Part shown: piece after piece, positions 48,757 through 58,383 of the stretch
How the letters are laid out: every line of letters starts with the position of its first letter
Numbering within the stretch: position 1 is the stretch's first letter
Assembly (NCBI GenBank): GCA_963422375.2
Contig: OY729427.2
Coordinates: forward strand, 288,001 to 352,000
Reading direction: 5' to 3'
Length of the DNA stretch: 64,000 nucleotides
From: Bryobacterales bacterium
GTDB taxonomy: Bacteria > Acidobacteriota > Terriglobia > Bryobacterales > UBA6623
Made by a program: the position numbers and the translations under genes
The notes under the pieces: generated by a model
Told to the model about the DNA's origin: nothing
Database searches by the model: none
Seen by the model: the letters and a program-made list of their open reading frames with translations, nothing else

Positions 48757-51291
48757 TTACTCTCGGGTGACGAACTCGTCCATGTTCAGCAAGATGCGTC
48801 CGATGCCGACCCAAGCGGCGGGCGCGGTAGGGTCTCCGGCGCCGGCAGGCTCGAACGGGAACCACCGGCGCGCCGTTTCCTCGTCCTCTTCGAGCAGGGC
48901 CCTCTGGCGGACGAAGTAGTCGAGCATCGCGACGCGTTCCGACGACGTGGGCCGCCGCGCCAAGCACAGGCCGAAGGCGCGGTCCAGTCGCGCGTCGAAC
49001 GACTGCCGGGGCGTCTCGCGAAGGATCCGATATGCCAGCCCGCGGGCCATCTCGAAGAACACCGGGTCGTTCAGCAGGTTCAGCGCCTGCAAGGGCGTGT
49101 TCGACCGGTTACGGGCGCACCGCGCTACGTTCCGCTCCTGCAGGTCGAAGTTCGCGAGAAACGGGTAAGGAGTCGTTCGCTGGAAGTGAATGTAGAGACC
49201 GCGCCTGTACCGGTCGCGCCCTCGGCTCTCCGCCCACTTCACCGAGCTCCCGTAGCCCAGTTCCGCGACCCCTTGCGGCTGGCGGGGGCGGACGCTGCGG
49301 CCGCCGACCTTCGGATACAGCAGGCCTGCCACCGACAGCGAAGCGTCGCGCAGCGTCTCGGCCGGGAGCCGTAGGCGCACCTGCCGGCCGAGCAAGCGGT
49401 TGCCCGGATCCCGCTCGCCGAGATCCGCCCGCAGGCGCGAGGACTGGCGGTAGGTCGCGGAAGTCGCGATCAGGCGATGAACATGCTTGACGCTCCAGCC
49501 GGACTCGATGAATTCGGTCGCCAGCCAGTCCAGCAGGCCGGGATGCGAGGGCGGGTCGCCGCGAAGACCGAAGTTATCGGACGTCGACACCAAGCCCCTG
49601 CCGAAGTACTCCTGCCAGACACGGTTGACCGCGACGCGAGCGGTGAGAGGGTTCTCCCGCGAGACGAGCCATCGGGCCAGGTCCAGCCGTGTCGGCGAAG
49701 GCCCGGACCCCCGCAGGGGAGGCAGCGAGGCGGGGACGCCGGCGGATACCTCCGCACCGAGATCGTCCCAGGCACCGGAAGGATGGACATGCGACCGGGG
49801 CGGCCGCGCCGCCGTCTGGACGGCGCGCGCCCGGCTGACGTCGGGAAACTCGTCGACGAGGGCGTGGACTTCCTCGACTGCGTCCCGGAAGCCGGTGGCT
49901 TCGTACTCCTCCTTGCTGGTCACCCGGCTGTAGTTCCGCAGGAACCATTCGGTGAGAACCAAGTCCTCGCGCCACAGGCGCGCGCTCGGAGGAGTCTGCA
50001 GGATGCGCTGGCCGTCGTCTACGTAGAGATCGAGGATGTCCCAGCTCGTATCCCACTCGTGCTCGGCGCCGGGATTCCGGGAGGCCCAGAGCATCTTCTC
50101 CTCCCACGGGCCCATCAGCTCCTTCACCCGGAACCTGCCGTAGACCTCCTCGAGCTGCCGATCGAATTCCGGCTTGGCCGCCAGGAAGGGCCCGGTCTCG
50201 CCGGGCAGGGGCGCGTCGATGTCCACCTCGTCCAGCTCGTTGAAGAACGCGAGCATTCGGTAATGGTCCGCCTGGGTAATCGGATCGTACTTGTGATCGT
50301 GGCAGCGGGCGCACTCCAGGGACAGGCCGAGCCAAACCGTGGCGACGGTGCTGGCGCGGTCCGCCACCTCCTCGAACCGGAACTCCTCGACATTCACCCC
50401 GCCCTCGCGGTTCTTGAGGGTGTTGCGGTAGAAGCCGGTGGCGACGAGCTGCTCGACGGTCGAGCCGGGCGCGAGATCCCCGGCGATCTGGTCGAGTGTG
50501 AACCGGTCGAAGGGCATATCGCGGTTCAGGGCCTGGATGACCCAGTGGCGGTAGCGCCATGCATGCGGCCGCACGGAGTCCTTCTCGTAGCCGTCGGAAT
50601 CCGCGTAGCGCACCTGGTCGAGCCAGAGCGACGCCCAGCGCTCGCCGAACTGCTCGGAGTCGAGCAGGCGGTCCACCAGTCCGTCGAGGTCGGAGCCGGC
50701 CGCGAGATCTGCCGGTGCGGGCGGCAGGCCCGTCAGGTCAAGGAACGTGCGACGGAGGAGGGTGTGCGCCGCGGCCTCGGGCGACGGCGCGAGCCCCTCG
50801 CGCTCCAGTCTCGCGAGCACGAAGGAATCGATGGGATTGCGCACCCACTTCCGGTCGCGGACCTCCGGAACGGCCGGGCCTCGGATCGGGCGGAAGGCCC
50901 AGTGCCCCGCGTCCCGAGCGAGGTCGCCCTCGGCGGCCGCAGCCTCCCACCGAGCGCCCGCGTCGATCCATGACCGGAACTTGCCGATGTCGGATGCGGC
51001 CAAGGGCCCTCCGGGTGGCATCCTCGCGAGACCGTCCGCCCCTTCGAGCCGCTTCAGCAGGGCGCTCGCCGCTGGCACGCCCGGAACGATCGCCGGGCCG
51101 GAATGCCCGCCCCGCAGGGCGTCCTCGCGACGGTCGAGCCGCAGGCCGTTCTGCTGCAGCGCCTCGCCGTGGCAAATCACGCAGTGCTGAGCGAGGAGGG
51201 GCCCTATGTCCTCGGAAAAGGAAACCGCTGCGGGAGCCTGGACGGCAAGGACAGCCATCAAGGCGCTCAGAGCTAGCGCCCTGCCATTCAT
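48757..51291 (-). CDS. Planctomycete cytochrome c + DUF1549/DUF1553 (PSD1) protein
   Basis: Signal peptide; CVICH and CARCH heme motifs; HWAF, NPIDSF, DLTGLPP, NPLTARVAVNR, TPLQAL. Confidence 0.93.
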   Translation of the reverse strand: MNGRALALSALMAVLAVQAPAAVSFSEDIGPLLAQHCVICHGEALQQNGLRLDRREDALRGGHSGPAIVPGVPAASALLKRLEGADGLARMPPGGPLAASDIGKFRSWIDAGARWEAAAAEGDLARDAGHWAFRPIRGPAVPEVRDRKWVRNPIDSFVLARLEREGLAPSPEAAAHTLLRRTFLDLTGLPPAPADLAAGSDLDGLVDRLLDSEQFGERWASLWLDQVRYADSDGYEKDSVRPHAWRYRHWVIQALNRDMPFDRFTLDQIAGDLAPGSTVEQLVATGFYRNTLKNREGGVNVEEFRFEEVADRASTVATVWLGLSLECARCHDHKYDPITQADHYRMLAFFNELDEVDIDAPLPGETGPFLAAKPEFDRQLEEVYGRFRVKELMGPWEEKMLWASRNPGAEHEWDTSWDILDLYVDDGQRILQTPPSARLWREDLVLTEWFLRNYSRVTSKEEYEATGFRDAVEEVHALVDEFPDVSRARAVQTAARPPRSHVHPSGAWDDLGAEVSAGVPASLPPLRGSGPSPTRLDLARWLVSRENPLTARVAVNRVWQEYFGRGLVSTSDNFGLRGDPPSHPGLLDWLATEFIESGWSVKHVHRLIATSATYRQSSRLRADLGERDPGNRLLGRQVRLRLPAETLRDASLSVAGLLYPKVGGRSVRPRQPQGVAELGYGSSVKWAESRGRDRYRRGLYIHFQRTTPYPFLANFDLQERNVARCARNRSNTPLQALNLLNDPVFFEMARGLAYRILRETPRQSFDARLDRAFGLCLARRPTSSERVAMLDYFVRQRALLEEDEETARRWFPFEPAGAGDPTAPAAWVGIGRILLNMDEFVTRE

Positions 51292-51322
51292 GGCCCCATT
51301 ATGTGCCCGCGGCCCCTTCGTT

Positions 51323-52804
51323 TCAAGGACCGGGCTCGATTTCTCGCAGGCGGTCGCGCAGCGCGCTGTCGAGCGCGGCGACGATCCGGCGGGTTTCCGC
51401 CCGGACGTCGCCGGCGAGATTGACGCGCTCTCCGGGATCCCTCTCGAGGTCGTAGAGCTCGTCCATGCCCGGCCGGCTGTCTCGCACCAGCTTCCACTGG
51501 GGCGTCCTCCACATGCGCTGGTCCACCCGCTCCTGGTGCAGCTGCCTGTACTCGCCGTAGAAGGAGTCCCTCCACGAGAGGTCCCGGCCCTCGAGAAGCG
51601 GCAGGAAGCTCCTCCCCCGGACGACGGCGCCTTGCGGCGGGTCGAGGCCCGCCATGGCCAGAATGGTGGGAAACCAGTCGAGATTGAGCACCACGCGGTC
51701 GACAACGGCGCCCGCCGCCAGCATGCCGCGCCAGCGCACCACCGCGGGGACTCGCAGCGAGGTGTCGTACATGTTGGACCGGTAGCCGCGGTTGTCCTCA
51801 AGCAGCCAGCGACCGTTGCCCTTGTGCCAGATCCCGTGGTGCCCCATGTTGAATCCGTGATCGCTGGTGAACACGACGACCGTGTCGCTGGCAAGCCCGA
51901 GCTCGTCGAGCGCGTCCAGCACGCGCCCGACGTTGCGATCCAAGCTCGCCACGGCGCCGAGGTACTCGGCGAGCATGCGCCGCGCCCGCGGGACGTCGAG
52001 GCCGGGATAGAGCGGCCTGGGCAGCGACGGACGGACGTCCCGGAACGGATTCCAGTCGGCCGGGCTCAGGGGCAGCCAAGTCCGGTCACCGTCGGGCGTG
52101 CGGTTGGCCGTGTTGGCATGAGGAGCCCAGAAATGGACGCTCAGCAGGAACGGCGCGGGCCCGCCGGCTACGCTTCGAACGAACCGAATCGCTTCGTCCG
52201 CCAGAATATCCGGGGTGTAGCCGCGGACCACCGTCACGCGCCCGTCGGACTCGACCTCCGGATTCTTGGAAGTGCCCGCTCCCGTCCGAAAGCCGTAGAA
52301 GGAGTCGTAGCCGTAGTGGGTCGGGAAGTACCTGGCCTGGCTGCCCAGGTGCCACTTGCCGACGAGGCACGTCGCGTACCCGGCCGCTTGCAGCAGCCGC
52401 GGCCAAGTAGGCAGCGCGGGATCCAAGCCATTCTCCGGCTCGCGAGCGGCGTTGAGGTAGTCGGTGATGCCCACCTCGGTGCCGTAGCGGCTCGCCAGCA
52501 GCCCTGCGCGTGACGGGCTGCAGACAGGGGTGGTGGTGAACGCGCTGGTCAGCCCCACCCCTTCCGCGTAGAGGCGATCTAGGTTCGGCGTTCGCGCCTG
52601 CTCGTTGCCCAGCGCTCCAATCGTCCAAGAGGCCTGGTCGTCCGCATAGAAGAAGACGATGTTCGGCCGCTCCGCGGCGACCGCGCAGACCGCGAGGTGC
52701 GTCCCGAATGCCAGCGTCGCGGAAACGCCGACGCGGCGAGACCCGGATGCGAGCCCCTGCCGTCCGGAGACGTCCGGCACCGGAATGAGCCGTCCGGGCG
52801 TCAT
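51323..52804 (-). CDS. Sulfatase
   Basis: PNIVFFYADD, CSPSR, GKWHLG, SDHG; ATG overlaps the upstream stop. Confidence 0.93.
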   Translation of the reverse strand: MTPGRLIPVPDVSGRQGLASGSRRVGVSATLAFGTHLAVCAVAAERPNIVFFYADDQASWTIGALGNEQARTPNLDRLYAEGVGLTSAFTTTPVCSPSRAGLLASRYGTEVGITDYLNAAREPENGLDPALPTWPRLLQAAGYATCLVGKWHLGSQARYFPTHYGYDSFYGFRTGAGTSKNPEVESDGRVTVVRGYTPDILADEAIRFVRSVAGGPAPFLLSVHFWAPHANTANRTPDGDRTWLPLSPADWNPFRDVRPSLPRPLYPGLDVPRARRMLAEYLGAVASLDRNVGRVLDALDELGLASDTVVVFTSDHGFNMGHHGIWHKGNGRWLLEDNRGYRSNMYDTSLRVPAVVRWRGMLAAGAVVDRVVLNLDWFPTILAMAGLDPPQGAVVRGRSFLPLLEGRDLSWRDSFYGEYRQLHQERVDQRMWRTPQWKLVRDSRPGMDELYDLERDPGERVNLAGDVRAETRRIVAALDSALRDRLREIEPGP

Positions 52805-54306
52805 GGCGCCCGTCCGTCGCGCTGGTAGATCTCGACTGCGGGCCGGTACTCGGCCACCTCGTCGAGCGGGAACACCGGGCGCGGGCAGCGCGAGTGGCCC
52901 AGCGAGCGCAGGTCGGCACTCGTCGCGCCCGGGGCATCGACATTGATTAGCCGCCCGCACCACTCGCGGTACATGCGGGGCTCGCAATGCGGGGACTTGA
53001 CGACGACCAAGTCGAACCGCCTAGGGTCCTGGCCGTGAGCGAGAAACAGCGCCCGGTCGTAGAGATTGACGGAGCGGCTGGTGACGACCGCGACGCGGCG
53101 GCCGAACTGGAGCACCGCGGTGGGCCCAGCATGCCAGGAACTCCCGAAAGACTCGCTGCGGAACTCGCCGTCCGAGAGCAGCCTGACACGCGCCTCGACC
53201 GGCAGGGGACGGAATCGAGCGGGATCCATCGCTCCTCCCAGAGAGGTTCGGACCGTGCCGCCGACGCCCGCCTCGAATGCGTCCGCTACGGCGCCCGGAT
53301 CGACGACCGGGGCGAGCACGCTGCCCGCGAAGCCGCTGTCCACGGCCTCGCGGAGAATCGCGTTGCTGTCGCCGGGCGCGCCCGAACTCGTGGCGTCGGC
53401 AGCATCCACGAGCACGGCCGTGCCGCGGGTCCGGGCGGCAAGCCGGACGGCCTCCGCCACACCAGTGAGGGAGGCTCGCAGGCCCTCGCGACGGTCCCAC
53501 ATCCGCCCGGCCAAGTCTGCCGCGCAGCGCGCCGCCACGGCCGGGTCGCCGTCCGAGACGGCCAGGCTGTTGGAGCGAAGCTCGGGCACGTCGGTGAAGG
53601 GATTCCCGACGAAGACCGCGGCCGAGAGACCGCCGGCCCGGGCCTCGAACGACACCGCCTCGCGGATCACGTCTCCGAAGCTGCCGGTGCGCGTGATCAG
53701 CTGGTCCCCGCGGGCGAGCAGCGGGATCCTCGCCCGCGCCGTCACCGGACGGGCGTTGCCGGACAGAATCCGGACCAGCAGCCGGGCAGCCCGGGCGCCC
53801 GTCTCGAAGAAGTCGACATGAGGATAGGTGTGGTACGCGACGACCGCGTCCGCTTGGGAAAGCATGCGGTCCGTTACGACCGCGTGGAGGTCCAGCGAGA
53901 CGACGATCGGGATCTCCTCGCCGAGGATCGCCCTGGCCTGCTCGAGCAGGCAGCCCTCCGGGTCACACTCGCCGTCCGCCGCCATCGCGCCGTGCAGGAC
54001 GAAGAGAGCACCGTCCGCGGGCCTTCCGCGACGCAGGGCCGCGCGGAACTCCCCTGCGAGGCGCTCGCAGTCGGATGCCCCGAGCTCTCCCCCGGAAGTG
54101 ATCGCCTGGGCGCTGTAAGTCGGGACCGGCTGACAGCAGCCGCTCTCCTCGAGCGCGGCCAGCACGCCCCCGACTTCCTCGCGCCCGGACGCGTGCCAGG
54201 CGAAGAAGTCATCGCCCGTTCGCACCACGAAGTCGCGGTACCGGCTGGGGACCGGGTTGAAGGAGGAGACTTCCTGCTTGCACTCGGCGACAAGGATCCG
54301 GAACAC
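52801..54306 (-). CDS. M81 (MlrC-like) metallopeptidase
   Basis: QEVSSFNP, LHGAM, SLDLHA, YPHVD, DATSSGAPGD, VVKSPH. Confidence 0.92.
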   Translation of the reverse strand: MFRILVAECKQEVSSFNPVPSRYRDFVVRTGDDFFAWHASGREEVGGVLAALEESGCCQPVPTYSAQAITSGGELGASDCERLAGEFRAALRRGRPADGALFVLHGAMAADGECDPEGCLLEQARAILGEEIPIVVSLDLHAVVTDRMLSQADAVVAYHTYPHVDFFETGARAARLLVRILSGNARPVTARARIPLLARGDQLITRTGSFGDVIREAVSFEARAGGLSAAVFVGNPFTDVPELRSNSLAVSDGDPAVAARCAADLAGRMWDRREGLRASLTGVAEAVRLAARTRGTAVLVDAADATSSGAPGDSNAILREAVDSGFAGSVLAPVVDPGAVADAFEAGVGGTVRTSLGGAMDPARFRPLPVEARVRLLSDGEFRSESFGSSWHAGPTAVLQFGRRVAVVTSRSVNLYDRALFLAHGQDPRRFDLVVVKSPHCEPRMYREWCGRLINVDAPGATSADLRSLGHSRCPRPVFPLDEVAEYRPAVEIYQRDGRAP

Positions 54307-54402
54307 GGACCGATTATCCCGGAGGAAGGGGTATACTCCCAAGGTCGTCCGGGCGGCGCCGCGGGGCCGGTTCCGGATTCGTGGCACCAAGGCTACCCCG
54401 TC

Positions 54403-55443
54403 ATGATCGACATCGAAGGCCTCCCGATGCGCGTGGGTCTCGGGCAGTTCCAAGAAATCACGCCTGCCCGGTTGCAATTCATCAAGCAGTGCGGCTGCGA
54501 CGACTTCCAGCTCAACACCCCCTCCCTGCCCGGCCAGGAGCGCTGGGAATACGAGGATCTAGCCCTGCTGGTTTCTCAGGCCGAGCAGGCGCACCTCCGC
54601 CTGATCGCGATCGAGAACGTGCCGAGAAAGTTCTACGACCGCATCATGCTCGGCCAGCCAGGCCGCGACCGCCAGCTCGACAACATGGTCCGCACGGTCC
54701 GTAACATCGCCCGCGCAGGCATCCCGATCCTCGGCTACGCCTTCATGCCGGCAGGCGTGTGGCGGACGGCCTCCGACACGCCCGTTCGCGGCGGCGCCCG
54801 GGCAACGTCCTTCCGCTGGGAGACGGCGCGCTCGGTCCGCCCCGGAGACGGCGAGAGCTACTCCATCTGGGCCGGCGCGCCGATAGACCGGGAGTATTCC
54901 GAAGCCGAAATCTGGGAGAACTACTGCTGGTTCCTCGAGCGCATCCTTCCGGTTTGCGAGGAAGTCGGCCTGCGACTGGCCCTGCATCCCGACGATCCGC
55001 CCGTCCCGGCCCTCGGCGGCGTGGGACGGGTCTTCCGCAACTTCGACAACTTCCGCCGCGCGATGGAGACGTTCGACAGCCCCATGCACGGGCTGGACTT
55101 CTGCCACGGGTGCTGGTCGGAAATGCGGGCCGGCGACGGCGTGCTGGAAGCGATCCGCTTCTTCGGCGATCGCGGAGACATCTTCTACGTGCATCTCCGC
55201 GACGTACGGGGGCCGGCGGAGGACTTCACGGAGTGCTTCCTAGGCGACGGCAACTGCGACCCCGTCCGGTCGATCCGGGCGCTCAGGCAGGTCGGATTCA
55301 ACGGCTTCATCCTGCCGGACCACGTGCCTCGCATGGTGGGCGACGGGGACTGGTGCGACCGCGGCCGCGCATGGACCGTCGGATATATCAAGGCGCTCAT
55401 CGCGTCCGTCGAGGCGTATGCCCCAAGCCGCCCAGACCGGTAG
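54403..55443 (+). CDS. uxuA: Mannonate dehydratase (UxuA family)
   Basis: AIEN, IMLGQPGRD, GYAFM, LALHPDDPP, VHLRDV, PDHVP. Confidence 0.85.
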   Translation: MIDIEGLPMRVGLGQFQEITPARLQFIKQCGCDDFQLNTPSLPGQERWEYEDLALLVSQAEQAHLRLIAIENVPRKFYDRIMLGQPGRDRQLDNMVRTVRNIARAGIPILGYAFMPAGVWRTASDTPVRGGARATSFRWETARSVRPGDGESYSIWAGAPIDREYSEAEIWENYCWFLERILPVCEEVGLRLALHPDDPPVPALGGVGRVFRNFDNFRRAMETFDSPMHGLDFCHGCWSEMRAGDGVLEAIRFFGDRGDIFYVHLRDVRGPAEDFTECFLGDGNCDPVRSIRALRQVGFNGFILPDHVPRMVGDGDWCDRGRAWTVGYIKALIASVEAYAPSRPDR

Positions 55444-55891
55444 CGCGCTAGCGAGGCCGGCCGCTCTCCGGGTTCGACGCGGCGGCGATCCGGCCCGAAG
55501 CTATCGAGGAAGGCGAGGCGCGGTGCGAGAGGCCTCGGCTGGGCGCTTTCAGCCGTCATTGCGGTGTTGCGGACAGCGGCATCAATCGCCGGGGCTCGGT
55601 GCGAGGGCGGACTCGATCTCGGCTGGCACTGGATCCGCAGCGCCTCGCGCGTCGCGGCGACAGCGATTCCCGGAGGGTGCTGGACCGGAGACCTTCCGAT
55701 CCCGCGTTCGATGCCGGTGCCGCCGCGGGTTCCTCCCGACCCCGTGCCGGGCGATCAGGAGCCGCTGTGGTTGCCGCGCGTCTAGGAATTCGAGACCCGC
55801 GGTCCGGCGGCGAGAGGCCCCGGCACGTTCCGGCCCCCGAGCGGGATCGGCCAAGCCTCTCGGAGAGAGAGTCGGTGTAGGCGACTGTCCG

Positions 55892-57508
55892 CTAGCCGAT
55901 CCGAATCCAGCCCGATCCGATTGCGAGAGCCAGAATGATCCCGAGCGGGGAGACCACCATCAGGACGGCGGCGCACATCCACAGCCAAGCCGTCACGGCC
56001 CGCCCCGGGGCGACGGCTGGATCCACCCTGCGGTGGCGGAGATACAGCGCGCCGAGGCCTAGGACGGGGTACATAACGGCGGCAATGAGGCTGCTGGTCA
56101 CTAGCAGCATCCGTGGAGGGTTCTCGAACAGCCAGTAGGCGGCGCTATAGAGGACGAGCGACACCACGACAAACACGCGGATGTAGCGCAACCGGACGCG
56201 ATAATCCGCAGCGTCGATCAGCCCCATGACGCCGAGCGCGTCGGCCAGCACGCGGCTATTCGCCGCGGCGCCGGACAGCACCGTGCTGACCAAGACGAAG
56301 AACGCGCCGACGACGAAGACGCCGGCGGCCCAGCTGCCGAGACCGTCCGTGTAGAGCGAGCTCAGGACCGCGAGGGTCTCGCGGCCGTCGGGATCCAGCC
56401 CCCGGGCATGGAGAATCGCCGCCCCGAGAAGGTAGAAGCAGATGGTGCTCGCCGTGTAGACCACCATCGTCACGCCGGCGTCGGTGTACATCACGCGGAT
56501 CCAGCCCCTCGCCGCGCGCTCCCATCCGGTCCCCGGGCGCGGCTCGCCGACGTGGCGGGCGTAGCCCTTCTCGACGCACCAGTAGGTGTAGCTCCACATC
56601 TCGCCGAAGGCCACTCCCGTCCCGGCGTACATCGCGAGCGCGGTCAGGACCAGCGGCGCGGTCAGATCCGGGGGCACGCCGAGCGCCAGGCCGGATGCCA
56701 GGTCCGGCCAGGCGATTCGGTAGTCGGTCCACTGGAGGAAGAGCACGCAAGCCACAGTGAAGAGCGTGAACGAAGACACCAGCGCGACCAGCAGCTTTTC
56801 CAATGAAGCGTAGGTTCCGCCGAGCAGGAGCGCCCCGCAGGCGATCGCCACGAGAATCGACCAGTAACGCGCGCCGCCCGCACCGAGGGCGTCCGGGAAG
56901 ACCAGTTCCACGACCTGGCCGGTCGCGCCGAGGATCGCGCCCGAGTTCACGAACACGAGCAGCATCGAGCCCAGCCAGAGCCAGGTGAACCAGTTCATAG
57001 CCGGGCCGGCGGCTCCCCGTCGGCCGGACGCCGGGCCGGACCGGAACAGCCAAGCGACCGTCGCGCCAACGCCTACCGCGCCAAGGCCCAGCCAGAGGGC
57101 CGCCGCTAGCGTGCGCGAGGAGTCGTCCAGGCGCACGAACGTCGCAAGGGCAGCCACGCAGGCCAGGACGAAGGCCGCCATCCAAGGAATCGTCAGCCAG
57201 CGCGGTCGCGCTCCGGCGGGTCCCGGCAGGGAATTGAAGACCCGCAGGAACGTCTCCCCGCTGGAAACGGTGTGGCGCGCGAGTTCGGTCTGCACGACCA
57301 CCTTGACCGCGCACGAGAGGACGACGAACCACAGGAGCACGAAGCCGGCCACGGCCCCGAGCTTGGTCGTGACGATCAGCTCCCCGGAGCCGACCACCGA
57401 CCCGGCTAGGATCATGCCCGGCCCTAGGTGCCGCAGGGTCGCCCGCATGCCCCGCGGCGGCTCAAGGCGCTTCGCGGCGCTCCTCGCGTACGGATCTTCT
57501 CGGTCCAC
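55892..57508 (-). CDS. Nramp/APC-fold transporter (non-canonical Nramp family)
   Basis: LGPGMILAGSVVGSGELIVTTKLGA, YTYWCVEKGY, about 12 TM helices. Start uncertain (GTG 57508). Lacks the DPGN motif of MntH. Confidence 0.85.
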   Translation of the reverse strand: MDREDPYARSAAKRLEPPRGMRATLRHLGPGMILAGSVVGSGELIVTTKLGAVAGFVLLWFVVLSCAVKVVVQTELARHTVSSGETFLRVFNSLPGPAGARPRWLTIPWMAAFVLACVAALATFVRLDDSSRTLAAALWLGLGAVGVGATVAWLFRSGPASGRRGAAGPAMNWFTWLWLGSMLLVFVNSGAILGATGQVVELVFPDALGAGGARYWSILVAIACGALLLGGTYASLEKLLVALVSSFTLFTVACVLFLQWTDYRIAWPDLASGLALGVPPDLTAPLVLTALAMYAGTGVAFGEMWSYTYWCVEKGYARHVGEPRPGTGWERAARGWIRVMYTDAGVTMVVYTASTICFYLLGAAILHARGLDPDGRETLAVLSSLYTDGLGSWAAGVFVVGAFFVLVSTVLSGAAANSRVLADALGVMGLIDAADYRVRLRYIRVFVVVSLVLYSAAYWLFENPPRMLLVTSSLIAAVMYPVLGLGALYLRHRRVDPAVAPGRAVTAWLWMCAAVLMVVSPLGIILALAIGSGWIRIG

Positions 57509-57658
57509 CGGCGGTTTCCCCGCGTTCGGGGCGCGGCGGCGAGCGGCTCCGCCGGCCTGCGCCGCCCCTAGCTTCCGCCAAGCGGGCAGGCCCTGTCCAG
57601 TGCGACTCCAGGGACACGACGCGGCCGCACGACGCGATTCCGATACGATTGTTTTTCC

Positions 57659-58366
57659 GTGCCGCTCGAAGGGGTGGGACAGCAAGCCGTCATCCGGCCC
57701 AACCCGGGATCCAGCGTCCGCTTGCCCCTGCAAGAGCGGATCCGCTGGATCCTGTGCGTCTGGGGTGTTTGCCTGCTCTACGCGATCGTCCGCTACAACG
57801 TCTTCAACGGCGTGGAGTGGGCGCACCTGCCGCTCTACGTCGTCAACAAGTCAGCGGCCTTCGCCGGCTTGGTGTTCATAGCGCTGGCGTACCTCGTCGG
57901 CAAGTACTTCGGCGGCGCACCCGGGACCGAATCGGTCCGCGCAAAGGCCAAGTTTCTCGGGCTGACGGGCTTCGCCATGATCACGATGCACGTGCTGATG
58001 TCCGCGGTGCTGCTCTCGCCCGCCACCTACGGCAAGTTCTACGCCGCTTCCGGCAAGCTCAACCTCGCGGGCGAGCTGACGTTCCTCTTCGGCGTGCTGG
58101 GCTACGGCTGCCTGCTGTTCCCCGCCGTCACCACGCTGCCGTACATGTACGACGCGCTGGGCATGGACCGCTGGCTGAAAGCCCAGCACATGGGCTACGC
58201 CACCCTGGCCCTCGCCTGCGGGCACACGTTCGCGATGGGCTACGCGGGCTGGATCGAGCTCTCGTCATGGCCAGGCTCGCTGCCGCCGATCACGCTGCTC
58301 GGCTTCCTCGCGGCGCTGCTCGCTCTCGCCGGCAAGCTCGTCTTACGCTTCCGCCGGAAGAACTGA
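57659..58366 (+). CDS. STEAP-like ferric-reductase-domain membrane protein
   Basis: Six TM helices; LPLYVVNK, ALAYLVG, KFLGL...MHVLMS, AVTTLP, MGY...GHTF, LPP. Two His at the expected heme-b ligand positions. Confidence 0.75.
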   Translation: MPLEGVGQQAVIRPNPGSSVRLPLQERIRWILCVWGVCLLYAIVRYNVFNGVEWAHLPLYVVNKSAAFAGLVFIALAYLVGKYFGGAPGTESVRAKAKFLGLTGFAMITMHVLMSAVLLSPATYGKFYAASGKLNLAGELTFLFGVLGYGCLLFPAVTTLPYMYDALGMDRWLKAQHMGYATLALACGHTFAMGYAGWIELSSWPGSLPPITLLGFLAALLALAGKLVLRFRRKN

Positions 58367-58383
58367 CCTCGCGCGCCGACGGG

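Noticed and set aside
52987..54402. Long N-terminal extension of the mannonate dehydratase ORF
   Set aside because: Antisense to the M81 gene; homology starts at about 54403.
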